From: Candidatus Bathyarchaeia archaeon
GTDB taxonomy: Archaea > Thermoproteota > Bathyarchaeia > Bathyarchaeales > Bathycorpusculaceae
DNA: 64,000 bases
NCBI GenBank assembly: GCA_049516875.1
Contig: JBEKSS010000004.1
Location: 96,001-160,000, forward strand
Reading direction: 5' to 3'
Part shown: positions 1 to 10,015 of the stretch, piece by piece
How the letters are laid out: each line of letters opens with the position of its first letter
How positions within the stretch are numbered: position 1 is the stretch's first letter
The notes under the pieces: generated by a model
Told to the model about the DNA's origin: nothing
Seen by the model: only the letters and a program-made list of their open reading frames with translations
Database searches by the model: none
Position numbers and translations under genes: made by a program

Positions 1-2739
1 GTTCTTGGTTCTTTCCTTGACCTTTTCCTCCAGATGGTTTGTATATTCCTCAAGTTGATTCTTCGCATCGTTCAACTGCTGGATAAGCCTTGCACTTTCT
101 ACGGCAACAGCAGCTTGATGAGCGAACAGTTCAAGAGGAGCAAGTGACTCTTTCGTTGGACGTCGCCCATCAGCGGGGTCATCCATACTCATTATACCTA
201 CCACTTGGCCACTGGGCAACCGCAGCGGAATGTACAGTAGGTCATCTGGATTCCAATCAACTGTGTCTTCTTTGGGAACCTTGCTTGTCAGTGCATACTT
301 GAATTGTTCTTGGACGAGCGGATCGCTCCAAGGCAGATAGTAAAATTCTCCTAGCCGATAACGTTCAAACATCGAGCTTAGACGTTTACCCCACACGTGT
401 CCTGGTGCTTGGTGTCCCTTGAGATATTGTTCTTCTTTTGGCGTTAGTCCGGCTGTCACAACATCGGTGGTGTTGAGGTTTTCGTCTCGCAAAGATATGA
501 CCACTCTTTTCCAACCTTGTTCGCGAACTGCCTCGGCGACGGTCTTAAGCCGTTTGCGCATATCCATAGTGTGTAGCATTACCGCGGAACTTTTCATCAG
601 GGTTTCCAATTTCTTGGAGATGCCCCGGTACTTTTCCTCGTCTTCTTTTAGAGCATGTTCCATCCTCTTTCGCTCAGTGATATCTCTGACAATGCCTACC
701 GCGTTCCATTGCCCCTTTATTTTCAGGGCTGAAAGAGAGAGCTCCGCTGGAAATTCTTTTCCGTCTTTACTCTTTGCCGCGAATTCTATCTCCTTTCCCA
801 TAAGTGGATAGTGCCCTGTCTTCTGAAGCCCTTCAAGTGCTTTGTGAATGTCTTTGTGAAAGTGCTTGGGGACTATGAGATTAAACACGTTTTTGCCACT
901 TACTTCCTCATTGGTATACCCAAAGATTCTTTGGGCAGCAGGATTCCAGTAAGAAATTCTTCCTTTAACGTCCACCAAGATTATGGCATCCATTGCGGAA
1001 GCACTTATTACACGGAATTTTTCCTCGCTGTCTCGCATTTGAAGCAGTGCCTGCCTACGCTTTTCTTCAACTCCAATGGCTGAGGCCAATAACCCGATGA
1101 TCTTCTTGTCCTCTTCACGGGGGTTGAAATCTCCTTTGTAGAGGAGGCAGAGAGAACCGATGTATGAATCATCGAATCTTACCGCCTTGCCTACGCAAGT
1201 CTGCAGTTTGTAACGTGCCACGTTTGGATCGGTCTTGGCATACACTGTGTCACGCAAGTTTCTAATCACGGTAATGTCGTCTGCTCCTTGCTGAATTACG
1301 TCGTAGCAGATGTGCCCATTGGGCTTGTCAACAGGATTATAGTCTGGAGGCATGTTCCATCGTCCAACGGAGCATAGCATTCCTTGATCAAGCCGATTGT
1401 AGAGCGCGTAAGTCGCGCCCAGAAGCTCTCCACACAAAGCAACGATGCTGTCGATGTTTCCATCAGGCTCAGCTTTGAAGCTGAGGAAGGATCTGTTCAA
1501 CTTCTCCATTCTTTCCTCTGTTTTCTTGCGTTCAGTTATGTCGCGAACGATACCTAATTCGCCTATGATTTTGCCTCTTTCAATCTGAGGCTTACTCGTG
1601 AATTCTCCAGTGAGGTATTTGCCGGATTTCGAACGCACCCGCAATTCATAGGGTGGTATGACTTCTCCACACAATGTCTTTTGAAACGTCTCTATTGCCA
1701 GTGGCAGATCATCGGGATGAATGATTGACATAAAAGATTTACCGAGCCATTCGGAACGCTGCCAACCTGTTATCTTCTCAAACGCAGGGTTCAAAGAAGT
1801 GATGGTTCCGTTCTCGGCGGAGATTGTGTAGATTGCTTCGGGCGCGGTTTCAACAAGATTGCGGTAACGCTCTTCCTCTTCCTCCAGAGCTTCTTCTTTT
1901 TGCCGGTGCGCAGTTGATTTCTCAAAAGTCACACCGACGCAGTTGTCGGGCAGAGGAAAGACCTTGACAGAAAAGATGCTTCCCGGTATACGTTCGTCGC
2001 CGTAATGTATTTCTCCTAGGTCTCTCGCCTTACCAGAGCGAATGACTTCAACACACACTCTCGGAAACTCACTCTCAAGCAGCTTAGGAAAGACTTCCAC
2101 CAAAGTTTTTCCGAGAACAGCTTTTCTAGCAAGTCCTGTGATATGCTCGGCAGCAGGATTGCTGAAAACCAGTCTGAGTGTTGCAATATTACCTGCACTT
2201 TCTATGCGCCAAACATCCAAACCGATCTGCATGCTCTCAATTATGCTGTCACAGAAGCAGGCATAGTCTTTTATTTTTTCAGGTTGGTCCCTGTCTCCCG
2301 TGGCAACTGCGGAGCTAACAGAGCTATCGCGGGAAACCTTTTCTGCCTTTGATTCTTCTTTTCTCGAATCTTCGTTCGCTTTTTCTTCTATCAAACTTAT
2401 TTTCCACCTTAACTCGTTTACACTATCTGAAAATTGAAAATCCTCCGTCTCTACATAATCAAAACCAATCTTTCGGTGTAAATTCTTTATGATCAGTTTC
2501 TCTATAACCACCGCCGCTGAACCCAAAAGCCTCTCTAAACCAGCAGAAAACCTGTCGGGGTTCTTCACGATTTCTTCTCGTTTCAACTGGAAGTTTTTCT
2601 CAAAAGAAGCATGAATGACTTCGACACCTACTCCTTTGAAAATCTGCTCTAGCGTCTCATCTATAACCTCAAGCAGCATGGCATCCGATTTTCCACCTGT
2701 TTTAGGAACTTTCCTTTCAGATTTGGAGCGAGATGCCAT
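1..2739 (-). CDS. Multi-domain PAS/GAF sensor protein, probably a histidine kinase; runs off the left edge
   Basis: Absent from the ORF track because no stop lies in the window. Manual reading: ATG at 2739 after GAGAGG; N-terminus MASRSK...LLEVIDETLEQIFKGVGVEVIH...FSAGLERLLGSAAVVIEKLII; PAS repeats (FSNPAAEHITG; LNPAFEKITGW...LGK; AVGIVRDITERK); a GAF-like segment (LLYIPLRLPSGQVVGIMSMDD...LELFAHQAAVAVE); then a coiled coil LEEYTNHLEEKVKERT typical of the region before a HisKA domain. Confidence 0.85.
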   Translation of the reverse strand, partial: MASRSKSERKVPKTGGKSDAMLLEVIDETLEQIFKGVGVEVIHASFEKNFQLKREEIVKNPDRFSAGLERLLGSAAVVIEKLIIKNLHRKIGFDYVETEDFQFSDSVNELRWKISLIEEKANEDSRKEESKAEKVSRDSSVSSAVATGDRDQPEKIKDYACFCDSIIESMQIGLDVWRIESAGNIATLRLVFSNPAAEHITGLARKAVLGKTLVEVFPKLLESEFPRVCVEVIRSGKARDLGEIHYGDERIPGSIFSVKVFPLPDNCVGVTFEKSTAHRQKEEALEEEEERYRNLVETAPEAIYTISAENGTITSLNPAFEKITGWQRSEWLGKSFMSIIHPDDLPLAIETFQKTLCGEVIPPYELRVRSKSGKYLTGEFTSKPQIERGKIIGELGIVRDITERKKTEERMEKLNRSFLSFKAEPDGNIDSIVALCGELLGATYALYNRLDQGMLCSVGRWNMPPDYNPVDKPNGHICYDVIQQGADDITVIRNLRDTVYAKTDPNVARYKLQTCVGKAVRFDDSYIGSLCLLYKGDFNPREEDKKIIGLLASAIGVEEKRRQALLQMRDSEEKFRVISASAMDAIILVDVKGRISYWNPAAQRIFGYTNEEVSGKNVFNLIVPKHFHKDIHKALEGLQKTGHYPLMGKEIEFAAKSKDGKEFPAELSLSALKIKGQWNAVGIVRDITERKRMEHALKEDEEKYRGISKKLETLMKSSAVMLHTMDMRKRLKTVAEAVREQGWKRVVISLRDENLNTTDVVTAGLTPKEEQYLKGHQAPGHVWGKRLSSMFERYRLGEFYYLPWSDPLVQEQFKYALTSKVPKEDTVDWNPDDLLYIPLRLPSGQVVGIMSMDDPADGRRPTKESLAPLELFAHQAAVAVESARLIQQLNDAKNQLEEYTNHLEEKVKERTKN

Positions 2740-3397
2740 GTTCTACCTCTCTACCATAGGAAACTTGCATGTCCAGGTTTCTGCCAGCAGACTCCCGGTT
2801 GGCAGTCAAAAATGACTAATGTTCGTGATTTATCCATTATGAATTTGAAGTACGTATTGCTCCTAACATTGCCTTGGGCTATTTTTGGCCAATGAGTATC
2901 CCCATTCTCATTCTCAAGTGACATGCAAGTAAAGAATAAATGTTCGCTCTTGAAAGATTTGCTTGGTTGGAGACACGTTCCTCCTTTCAAACGAACCATA
3001 TACTACCAACGAATACATAGGGGAGCTATTAGAAGAACAAGTTCTTTCAGGCAGGACAGATTCTGACAACTCGTCAGATAAACCCTTTCCGCAGTACCCC
3101 TTGTTCACAGTATGTGTATGGAGGGCAACTTTAACAATTCGAAGGTCAAACTCAGCAGTTGCCTTGGATTGTACGCCGACGAGCTTGCGCAGACCTTTGA
3201 ACAAAAAAGCACCAAAGCGTGTGTTGACCAGATGCCGAGTTCCCACATCTAGTTGGTTGAATCGCCAATGATTAATGCTACGATTTACCTGCGCAAACAA
3301 GTTGAGACTGACTTAGTAAGAAATGGCTGATTGAATTCAGAAAAATCGGACGCTCGTTTCATGTCGGAATAGGCCACAACTTTGACTTTTCAACTGC

Positions 3398-3610
3398 TTA
3401 TTCCCCGCTTGGTTCCTTCCACTTTTCTATTATCAGCTTGTTCTCCCCGTGTTTGAAGGTTATTTTCACTGGAATCGAATCAGCTCCTCTTTTCGTTCTG
3501 GTGTATTCTTTGAATGGAAACATGCTATCCTCAGCCAAGTCCACGGGCAGGTAAAGCAAGTATTTGCCGTCTTTTCTTCTGAACAGGCGCCCTCTTCCTT
3601 CGCTAACCAA
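3398..3610 (-). CDS. Small hypothetical protein (possible AbrB-like beta-barrel DNA-binding protein)
   Basis: 70 aa, TTG start after GAGGTGA SD; beta-rich pattern YLLYLP...VKITF...KLIIEK. Confidence 0.6.
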   Translation of the reverse strand: MVSEGRGRLFRRKDGKYLLYLPVDLAEDSMFPFKEYTRTKRGADSIPVKITFKHGENKLIIEKWKEPSGE

Positions 3611-3783
3611 ATGACATCACCTCGATTAAATCTAAAGTTTAAGACCTAGTTATAGAGAGAAGACTATTTAACCTTTGTTCCCAAATATTGCAAAAAGAAC
3701 AATGATTGCTGGCGGTTGCCTCTAGAAAAGTGAATCACGTGCAAAAGATCACGCCAGAATCGATGACAAGAACTGAACACAGA

Positions 3784-5085
3784 CTATAGGTTCTTAAAGT
3801 TTCTCATTGGGGAATTGTCAGTCAAACGCACTTGAGATAGCCAACTTCTGCCCTCAGAATTTGTGAAGGCAACTGAGAATGCCCGTTTCCAAACGACCAT
3901 CTGTGCACGTGCGAGTGCCTTAATTTCGGTGTCCTCCTCAAAGAGCATAGCGGCGCTACTGAGAATTTCCCTGATCTGCAGGTGTTGAGGGCAAAGCTCT
4001 TTGCATCTGCCACATCTTGCGCATCTCTTAGCTTGGCTTTCGGGCGTGATATGTTCCCAATACTTGCGTTTTATTTCGTCGTCTCTATTCCTTACATAAT
4101 ATTCATTGTAAAACGAGAATATCTCTGGCACGTTCACTCCTTCTGGGCAAGGCATGCAGTATCTACATCCGGTGCATCCAATGAAGCCTAGTCTCTTGTA
4201 CCTACGCCTAACTTGACTGATGATACTCAGTTCTTTATCAGTGAGCATGTTGGCACCTGATATATTTGCGCTCTCCACGTTTTCTTTCACCTGTTCAAAG
4301 GTGCTCATGCCGCTGAGGGCAACTGATACCTCAGGATGGTTCCAAACCCATTGAAGTGCCCACTCCGCCGGCGTCCTCTTGATAGTAGCCTTATCCCAGA
4401 ATCCCTGTATCTCCTTCGGGGGCTTGATAGCCAGCCTTCCGCCGGCTATGGGTTCCATCACAACAACTGCCAAACCTTTGGAAGCCGCGTAATTCAGCCC
4501 TTTCGTGCCAGCTTGGTACTGTTCTTCCATGTAATTGTACTGGATTTGGCAGAGTGTCCAACCGTCATAACCGTCTACGATCTTCTTGAAAACGCGGTAC
4601 TCATCATGAAAACTAAAACCCAAATGCCTAAACTTCCCTTCGTCCATCTTCTTCTCAGCCCACTTCAACACGCCTAACTCACAGAGCTTCTGCCACCGTT
4701 CTTTGTTAAGTCCATGAAACAGGTAGAAATCAACATAGTCCAGCTGGAGCCTTGAAAGCTGCTCGTCTAAATACTTGTTCATGTCCTTTGTGGAATTGAT
4801 AAGCCAAGTCGGCATCTTAGTGGCCAATCTTGTTTTTTCACGGTATCCATCTTGCAACGCCTTTCCAACCACGATCTCGCTGTTTCCCCTATGATAGGGA
4901 TACGCCGTGTCCAAATAGTTCACGCCATGGTCGATTGCGTACCTGATCATCCTTAAGGCTTCGGACTCGTCGATTTTCGAAGCGTCTCCATTGATAATGG
5001 GCAGCCGCATTACTCCAAATCCCAGAGCTGAAACTTTCCAGTCCAGTCTGCCAAAGTTCCGGTACTTTACAAGAAACCACTTCAC
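3784..5085 (-). CDS. Aldo/keto reductase with C-terminal 4Fe-4S ferredoxin domain
   Basis: VSALGFGxMRLP, GVNYLDTAYPY, LGFSFH, QIQYNY, MEP; CTGCRYCMPCP and CARCGRCKELCPQ. The last ~45 aa look like a non-conserved extension. Confidence 0.9.
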   Translation of the reverse strand: MKWFLVKYRNFGRLDWKVSALGFGVMRLPIINGDASKIDESEALRMIRYAIDHGVNYLDTAYPYHRGNSEIVVGKALQDGYREKTRLATKMPTWLINSTKDMNKYLDEQLSRLQLDYVDFYLFHGLNKERWQKLCELGVLKWAEKKMDEGKFRHLGFSFHDEYRVFKKIVDGYDGWTLCQIQYNYMEEQYQAGTKGLNYAASKGLAVVVMEPIAGGRLAIKPPKEIQGFWDKATIKRTPAEWALQWVWNHPEVSVALSGMSTFEQVKENVESANISGANMLTDKELSIISQVRRRYKRLGFIGCTGCRYCMPCPEGVNVPEIFSFYNEYYVRNRDDEIKRKYWEHITPESQAKRCARCGRCKELCPQHLQIREILSSAAMLFEEDTEIKALARAQMVVWKRAFSVAFTNSEGRSWLSQVRLTDNSPMRNFKNL

Positions 5086-5572
5086 TTGTCAGGTTACCGA
5101 TAAACAAATCTGCTTATAGGTATTCTGGGATTGGCTTCTGATACGAGCATTCTGCACGTGCTATGTCCTCTTCATTTCTCCTCTCTTTCCAAAGACTGCT
5201 ACCATTGGGTTTCCAAACCTTTCTTTCTTCGTCAACGGTCTTCCGATAGTCCATGAATCTGCCCTTTGATACCTGGTAGGTGGAACAAGAATTGAATATG
5301 CTTTATGCGAATACACATCAAGGGTGTTTGGAAGCAAGTGGAAACTGTGTACCTTCTATTGTCTCCGAAAATTCCAAACCTCTTCCCGAATCCTTTCCAA
5401 TCTTCAGGGTAGCACATTAGTGTTTTAATGAAGTCCAGTGCGGCGAATGCTTCTTTCGGTATGTTTTCAATTGTTTTCCCAATCTTTCTTCAATAATCGG
5501 TTTTGATCCCATTTTAGCCGTCCAACAGTTGGAATAGATTGCTTGTGCTTTGATAAAGCCCGCGTCAATTTG

Positions 5573-5926
5573 TTAGATGTTTGATTGCAGCAGGAGGATC
5601 GCTTTGGCTAGGTCTCCTTGGCACTCTTCCAGCGCTTTTCTCGCTTCTTCCAAGCTTTTTCCTGTTTGGTCAGCCACAAGCCTGACGTCTTCTTCAGCTA
5701 CACCTGATGGTTTGTGTTCTGCTGTTTTCTCAGTGATTTTCCCACCTGTGACCTGAAAGATTTTCTGTCCCTGCATTTCAAGCATTGCCACTTCCGGCTC
5801 TTCAATAGTGATCTCTTTACTGCCCGTTTTGATGATTACTTGTTCGACGTCTGTCATCGCATCCATGCTTAGACCCATGCGTTGCATCATGCGTTTTGCT
5901 TCTCGAGGATTCACGCGCCTGTGCAT
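5573..5926 (-). CDS. nac: Nascent polypeptide-associated complex protein
   Basis: NPREAKRMMQRMG, VEQVII, FQVTG, UBA-like EEDVRLVADQTG...GDLAKAIL. Confidence 0.93.
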   Translation of the reverse strand: MHRRVNPREAKRMMQRMGLSMDAMTDVEQVIIKTGSKEITIEEPEVAMLEMQGQKIFQVTGGKITEKTAEHKPSGVAEEDVRLVADQTGKSLEEARKALEECQGDLAKAILLLQSNI

Positions 5927-5972
5927 AGCCTCACCCTATCTGTATAACATTTGTAATTCAAACTTCATATAC

Positions 5973-6449
5973 TTAACCTTCCTCAATGCGCCCGCGTCTA
6001 ACCTTCACGGCGACGCCGCGTTTAAAGGCCCTCATTTCCTCACCTGAAAGGACAGCGCGCCCAACCGCTAAGACCTGGCCCTCTTCATCAAGTACGATGA
6101 CCTCGTCTTTCGCGCGAACTTCATCATCAGCTCTCACGACGTGTGCAGCGAAAACGTCGCCACCATCAGCGATGAACTTCGCCACTTCGCTGCGAACGGC
6201 AACGAAACACTTTGCAGGTCGTCCACTTTGAACAATTCGCTTCGCCCCCTCAATGCTCAGAGCGAAGAAGCCGTCTGTGGGACGCATGGTTCCAAGTCGT
6301 TTACCCTCCAGGTATACGTAGCGGATTCGGCCGGTCTTCCTTGAAAAAACGGTATTCACGTTCTTGGGAAAAAGCGTCATGCCCACTCCTTTGCCAAACT
6401 GATAATCCGCTACGCTTCTAATCCTTCTCAAGGCCTCCTCCAAGCTCAT
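5973..6449 (-). CDS. PUA-domain RNA-binding protein (resembles the C-terminal part of archaeal tRNA-guanine transglycosylase)
   Basis: ADYQFG, SRKTGRIR, GDVFAAHV, DEVIV, AVGRA, GVAVKVR. ATG at 6449 preferred as start. Confidence 0.85.
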   Translation of the reverse strand: MSLEEALRRIRSVADYQFGKGVGMTLFPKNVNTVFSRKTGRIRYVYLEGKRLGTMRPTDGFFALSIEGAKRIVQSGRPAKCFVAVRSEVAKFIADGGDVFAAHVVRADDEVRAKDEVIVLDEEGQVLAVGRAVLSGEEMRAFKRGVAVKVRRGRIEEG

Positions 6450-6526
6450 CACCAGCAAACACAAATGCCGTTTCGACAACTATAAACACCACTAGAATAA
6501 TAAAAGCAGTTCAGGTAGACAGGAAA

Positions 6527-7069
6527 TTGCGATGCGAAGTCTGTGGACGTAGAATCAACGGAAAATCCTTCAACGTCATCATTGAAGGGGCAAAACTAAC
6601 GGTGTGTCATGAATGCTCAAAGCTCGGAGAAATATACTACGAAGAACCTAAAGAGAAAATCGCAGGTCCACGGCTTAGGATTACGCAAAGGCCACTGATA
6701 TTCCAGACCAAGAAGCCGCAGGCTCCGAAGGTGGACGCGAGCTTGGAACTTGTAGAGAATTTCGACCTTAAGATAAGGCAGGCCAGGGAGAAACTAGGGA
6801 TATCTCACGAGGAACTGGGTAAGAGAATAAACGAGAAAGTTTCGCTTCTCCGAAAAATCGAGACTGGAAAAATGACGCCTGACAACAGACTTGCAACAAT
6901 ACTGGAGCACGCTTTGAAAATTAAACTGATCGTTCCAGCTAAGGAAGAGAAAGTTCCGCAAGCCAAGCTGGCCAAGACTGCAAACCGCGACCTGACCCTT
7001 GGGGACCTGATTCAGCTAGACAAGAAGGGTCATGAGAAGGAGGATACTGCTGGACGAAGGCAATCATAG
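6527..7069 (+). CDS. mbf1: Multiprotein bridging factor aMBF1
   Basis: N-terminal Zn ribbon CEVCG...VCHEC plus HTH (IRQAREKLGISHEELG...KIETG), ending LTLGD. Confidence 0.92.
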   Translation: MRCEVCGRRINGKSFNVIIEGAKLTVCHECSKLGEIYYEEPKEKIAGPRLRITQRPLIFQTKKPQAPKVDASLELVENFDLKIRQAREKLGISHEELGKRINEKVSLLRKIETGKMTPDNRLATILEHALKIKLIVPAKEEKVPQAKLAKTANRDLTLGDLIQLDKKGHEKEDTAGRRQS

Positions 7070-8316
7070 TCCAACGTCGACAACAATACGAACCAAAAAG
7101 CCTTGACGAACTTGGAAGTCTGGCTGAATCGGCAGGATACGCCGTTATGGGCAGGATGGAACAGGTTAGACAGGCAGACGCGCGCTATCAAATAGGCTCC
7201 GGAAAAGTGGAAGAACTCGCCGAACTTGTGAAGCAAAAAAACGCTGAGAAAGTGATTTTCGACAATCTCCTGAGGCCGGTTCAGTCCTACAATCTGGCAA
7301 AGGCCACAAACGTTGAAATCATTGACCGTTTCCAGTTGATACTAGAAATCTTCACAAAGAGAGCCACGACGGCTGAGGCGCAGATGCAAATTAAACTGGC
7401 AAGCCTTCGGTACGACTTGACTCAGGCGAAGGAAAGAGTGCGTCTTACAAAAAGGGGAGAACAGCCAGGGTTCATGGGACTTGGAGCCTATGGAGTTGAC
7501 GTTTACTATGAGAGCGTGAAGAAAGAAATTCATGCCATACGCAGAAAACTCGGGAAAATCCGCGCAAAAAGGGTCTTACACCGTAAGAGAAGGGAAGAAC
7601 TGGGATTTACCTCGATTTCTCTGGCAGGGTACACGAAGGCTGGAAAAAGCTCACTGTTCAACGCGCTTGCAGAAGAAACGGTTCCAGTGGACGCTGCACT
7701 GTTTACAACTCTCTCCACGACAACGCGGCTTGTGACTTTCTCCAAGAAACAGTTCCTATTGACAGATACGGTGGGTTTCATAGATCGTTTGCCGCTAACG
7801 TTGATAGAGGCGTTTCACTCAACGCTTGAAGAAACAATCTACTCTGACCTGATACTTCTGTTGGTGGACGCAAGTGAATCGATGGACGCTATTGAAAAGA
7901 AACTCGGAACGTGCTTGGAAACAATAGAACGTATAGGCGCTTCAGGCGTGCCGGTGATCACGGTGTTGAATAAGATTGACTTGATACCAGAAACGGAAGT
8001 TCGGCAGAAGCTTCAAAAACTACAGGAAAAGGCGACGACCCTTGTTCCAATCTCCGCGTTGTACAAGACTAATCTTGAACAGTTGAAACAGGAAATACTG
8101 AAAATACTGAAGAATTACATCAAAGCAACCTTCACCATACCAGTGACAAACAAGACAATGTCGTTTATGGCGTGGCTTTTCAAAAACGCTGGCGTACAGG
8201 CAGCAGATTACAACGAAAGCTCTGTGCACGTGGTTTTCGAAGCCACTCCCACGTTGGCAGAGAAGGTCAGAAACCGCGTGGAAACAGAATTTAACGGGAA
8301 GGTCGAGAAAATCTGA
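7054..8316 (+). CDS. hflX: GTPase HflX; start probably upstream of the ATG at 7147
   Basis: IDRFQLILEIF, G1 AGYTKAGKSSLFN, LFTTL, DTVGFI, NKID. The frame extends upstream through KAIIV...SLDELGSLAESAGY to an in-frame stop at 7033. Confidence 0.92.
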   Translation, partial: TKAIIVQRRQQYEPKSLDELGSLAESAGYAVMGRMEQVRQADARYQIGSGKVEELAELVKQKNAEKVIFDNLLRPVQSYNLAKATNVEIIDRFQLILEIFTKRATTAEAQMQIKLASLRYDLTQAKERVRLTKRGEQPGFMGLGAYGVDVYYESVKKEIHAIRRKLGKIRAKRVLHRKRREELGFTSISLAGYTKAGKSSLFNALAEETVPVDAALFTTLSTTTRLVTFSKKQFLLTDTVGFIDRLPLTLIEAFHSTLEETIYSDLILLLVDASESMDAIEKKLGTCLETIERIGASGVPVITVLNKIDLIPETEVRQKLQKLQEKATTLVPISALYKTNLEQLKQEILKILKNYIKATFTIPVTNKTMSFMAWLFKNAGVQAADYNESSVHVVFEATPTLAEKVRNRVETEFNGKVEKI

Positions 8317-8327
8317 AAAAAGAAGCT

Positions 8328-8906
8328 GTGCCTGAAGTCGTTGTGTTGAGGTGGGGTCACAGGGCAAGCAGAGATGCAAGGCTCACGACGCATGTTGCCC
8401 TTGCAGCCCGTGCCTTAGGAGCCTCTGGGCTCATCTTGTCAGACATAGAAGATCAAAAAATCAAGGGCACAATAGATGAGGTCACGCAAAGCTGGGGCGG
8501 CAAGTTCTTTTTCGAAATGGGAATCCCTTGGAAAAAAGCTGTGCGCCACTGGAAAACCGAGAACGGCATAGTTGTCCATTTAACAGCCTATGGAGAAAAC
8601 GTTGAAACCACTGATGTGTTGCACCGCATAAGAGTCTCTGGAAAGAACGTTTTGGTCATCGTTGGAAGCCAAAAAGTCCCTGGCGAATTTTTCTCAGAAG
8701 CCGTTTCAGACTTTAACGTGGCGATTGGGAACCAGCCGCACTCGGAATGTGCAAGCGTGGCGGTTTTCCTTGACCGCTTCTTCCAAGGAAAAGAATTGGC
8801 CAGAAGCTTCCAGAATGGGAAGATGAAAATCGTCCCCCAAAGTAGAGGAAAAAAGATCGTTACAGAGAAAAACCATGACACAGACCCCTTTTGTAAAGAG
8901 ATTTAA
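8328..8906 (+). CDS. trm56: tRNA (cytidine56-2'-O)-methyltransferase
   Basis: VLRWGHR..RD.R.TTHVAL.ARALGA, VHLTAYG, GSQKVP, NQPHSE, FLDR. Confidence 0.93.
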   Translation: MPEVVVLRWGHRASRDARLTTHVALAARALGASGLILSDIEDQKIKGTIDEVTQSWGGKFFFEMGIPWKKAVRHWKTENGIVVHLTAYGENVETTDVLHRIRVSGKNVLVIVGSQKVPGEFFSEAVSDFNVAIGNQPHSECASVAVFLDRFFQGKELARSFQNGKMKIVPQSRGKKIVTEKNHDTDPFCKEI

Positions 8907-8970
8907 ATCAAACCCTGCAAAATATATAATATAGAGAACGGTGTTGAGTACTGGAAGCAAAAGGGTTACC

Positions 8971-9483
8971 ATGTTGTCCAACATAGATGACGCAACGCTG
9001 CTCAAAGTTGCTGAGGCGTTGGGAGAAGAAGACGCGGTTAGATTAATTGACATTCTGAAGAACTCGGATGAAACAACGGACGACGTGATTGCAACCAAGA
9101 CAGGCATAAGATTGAACTTGGTGCGAAAAATTCTTTACAAACTCTATGACCACTCCCTTGTGAGCCTTAGACGCACGCGCGATCCGAAGACCGGATGGTT
9201 CATATTTCATTGGAGGCTACAGCCCGACCAGCTTGAAGGCTTTATACTCAGCCAAAAACGTCGAGTTCTCGAGAAACTTGACACTCGGCTGGAGTACGAA
9301 AAAAACCATGATTTCTACTATTGCTACACGCCGGGTTGCAAGCGAATCCCCTTTGAAGAGGCGGTGGAACTGGTCTTCCGATGTCCAACGTGCGGAAAAC
9401 CGTTGATGCATTACAACAACGAGAAAATACTAGAATCACTGACCACGAAGGTTGACATCCTAAGGAAGGAGCTTGGTGAGTGA
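8971..9483 (+). CDS. tfe: Transcription factor E
   Basis: wHTH with TDD..A..TGI.LN.VRKILYKL, RDPKTGW; Zn ribbon YYC...C...FRCPTCG. Confidence 0.93.
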   Translation: MLSNIDDATLLKVAEALGEEDAVRLIDILKNSDETTDDVIATKTGIRLNLVRKILYKLYDHSLVSLRRTRDPKTGWFIFHWRLQPDQLEGFILSQKRRVLEKLDTRLEYEKNHDFYYCYTPGCKRIPFEEAVELVFRCPTCGKPLMHYNNEKILESLTTKVDILRKELGE

Positions 9484-10015
9484 AAAACTTCCAACAAGAG
9501 AACAATCGTTGCAGTTTCTTAGAGAGAGCGGCTGCCGGGAGAACGTAATAAGACACGTTGAAGCAGTTTCTGCACTTGCGGTTGAAATAGCAGAAGCCTG
9601 CAGGAAAAGAGGATGCAACGTTGACCTGCAGCTTGTTGAAGTTGGAGCACTCCTGCATGATATTGGCCGCGCCAGGACGCACAGCGTGCATCATGCAGTT
9701 CTGGGAGCAGACATCGCAAAATCACTCGGTGTCCCAGAACCAGTCATATCAATAATCAAAAGACACGTGGGCGGAGGAATAACGGCAAGAGAGGCCCGAA
9801 AACTCGGATGGCCAAAAGATATTTACGTTCCTTTAACACTTGAAGAAAAAATCGTTTCCTACGCAGATAAGCTCATCGCAGGTCCGAGACGGGTGCCAAT
9901 AGAAATAACCATAGAAGAACTCTCCACAGAGTTGCCGCCGCCTGCCATTCAAAGATTGTGGAGATTACATGAGGAAATGTTAGTCTTGGTCGGCGATTGC
10001 CAATGCCTACCATAA
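9473..10015 (+). CDS. HD-domain protein (TIGR00295-like)
   Basis: GALLHDIGR, H...GA, RHVGGG, EEKIVSYADKL; usual neighbour of tfe. Confidence 0.88.
   Translation: MVSEKLPTREQSLQFLRESGCRENVIRHVEAVSALAVEIAEACRKRGCNVDLQLVEVGALLHDIGRARTHSVHHAVLGADIAKSLGVPEPVISIIKRHVGGGITAREARKLGWPKDIYVPLTLEEKIVSYADKLIAGPRRVPIEITIEELSTELPPPAIQRLWRLHEEMLVLVGDCQCLP

Noticed and set aside
90-2815. Short ORFs listed in the track
   Set aside because: Shadows of the long minus-strand sensor gene.
2760-3390. ORFs of 82-128 aa upstream of the sensor gene
   Set aside because: They overlap on both strands, with no SD or motif support.
5160-5520. Possible gene remnant downstream of nac
   Set aside because: Only short broken frames with no identifiable homology.
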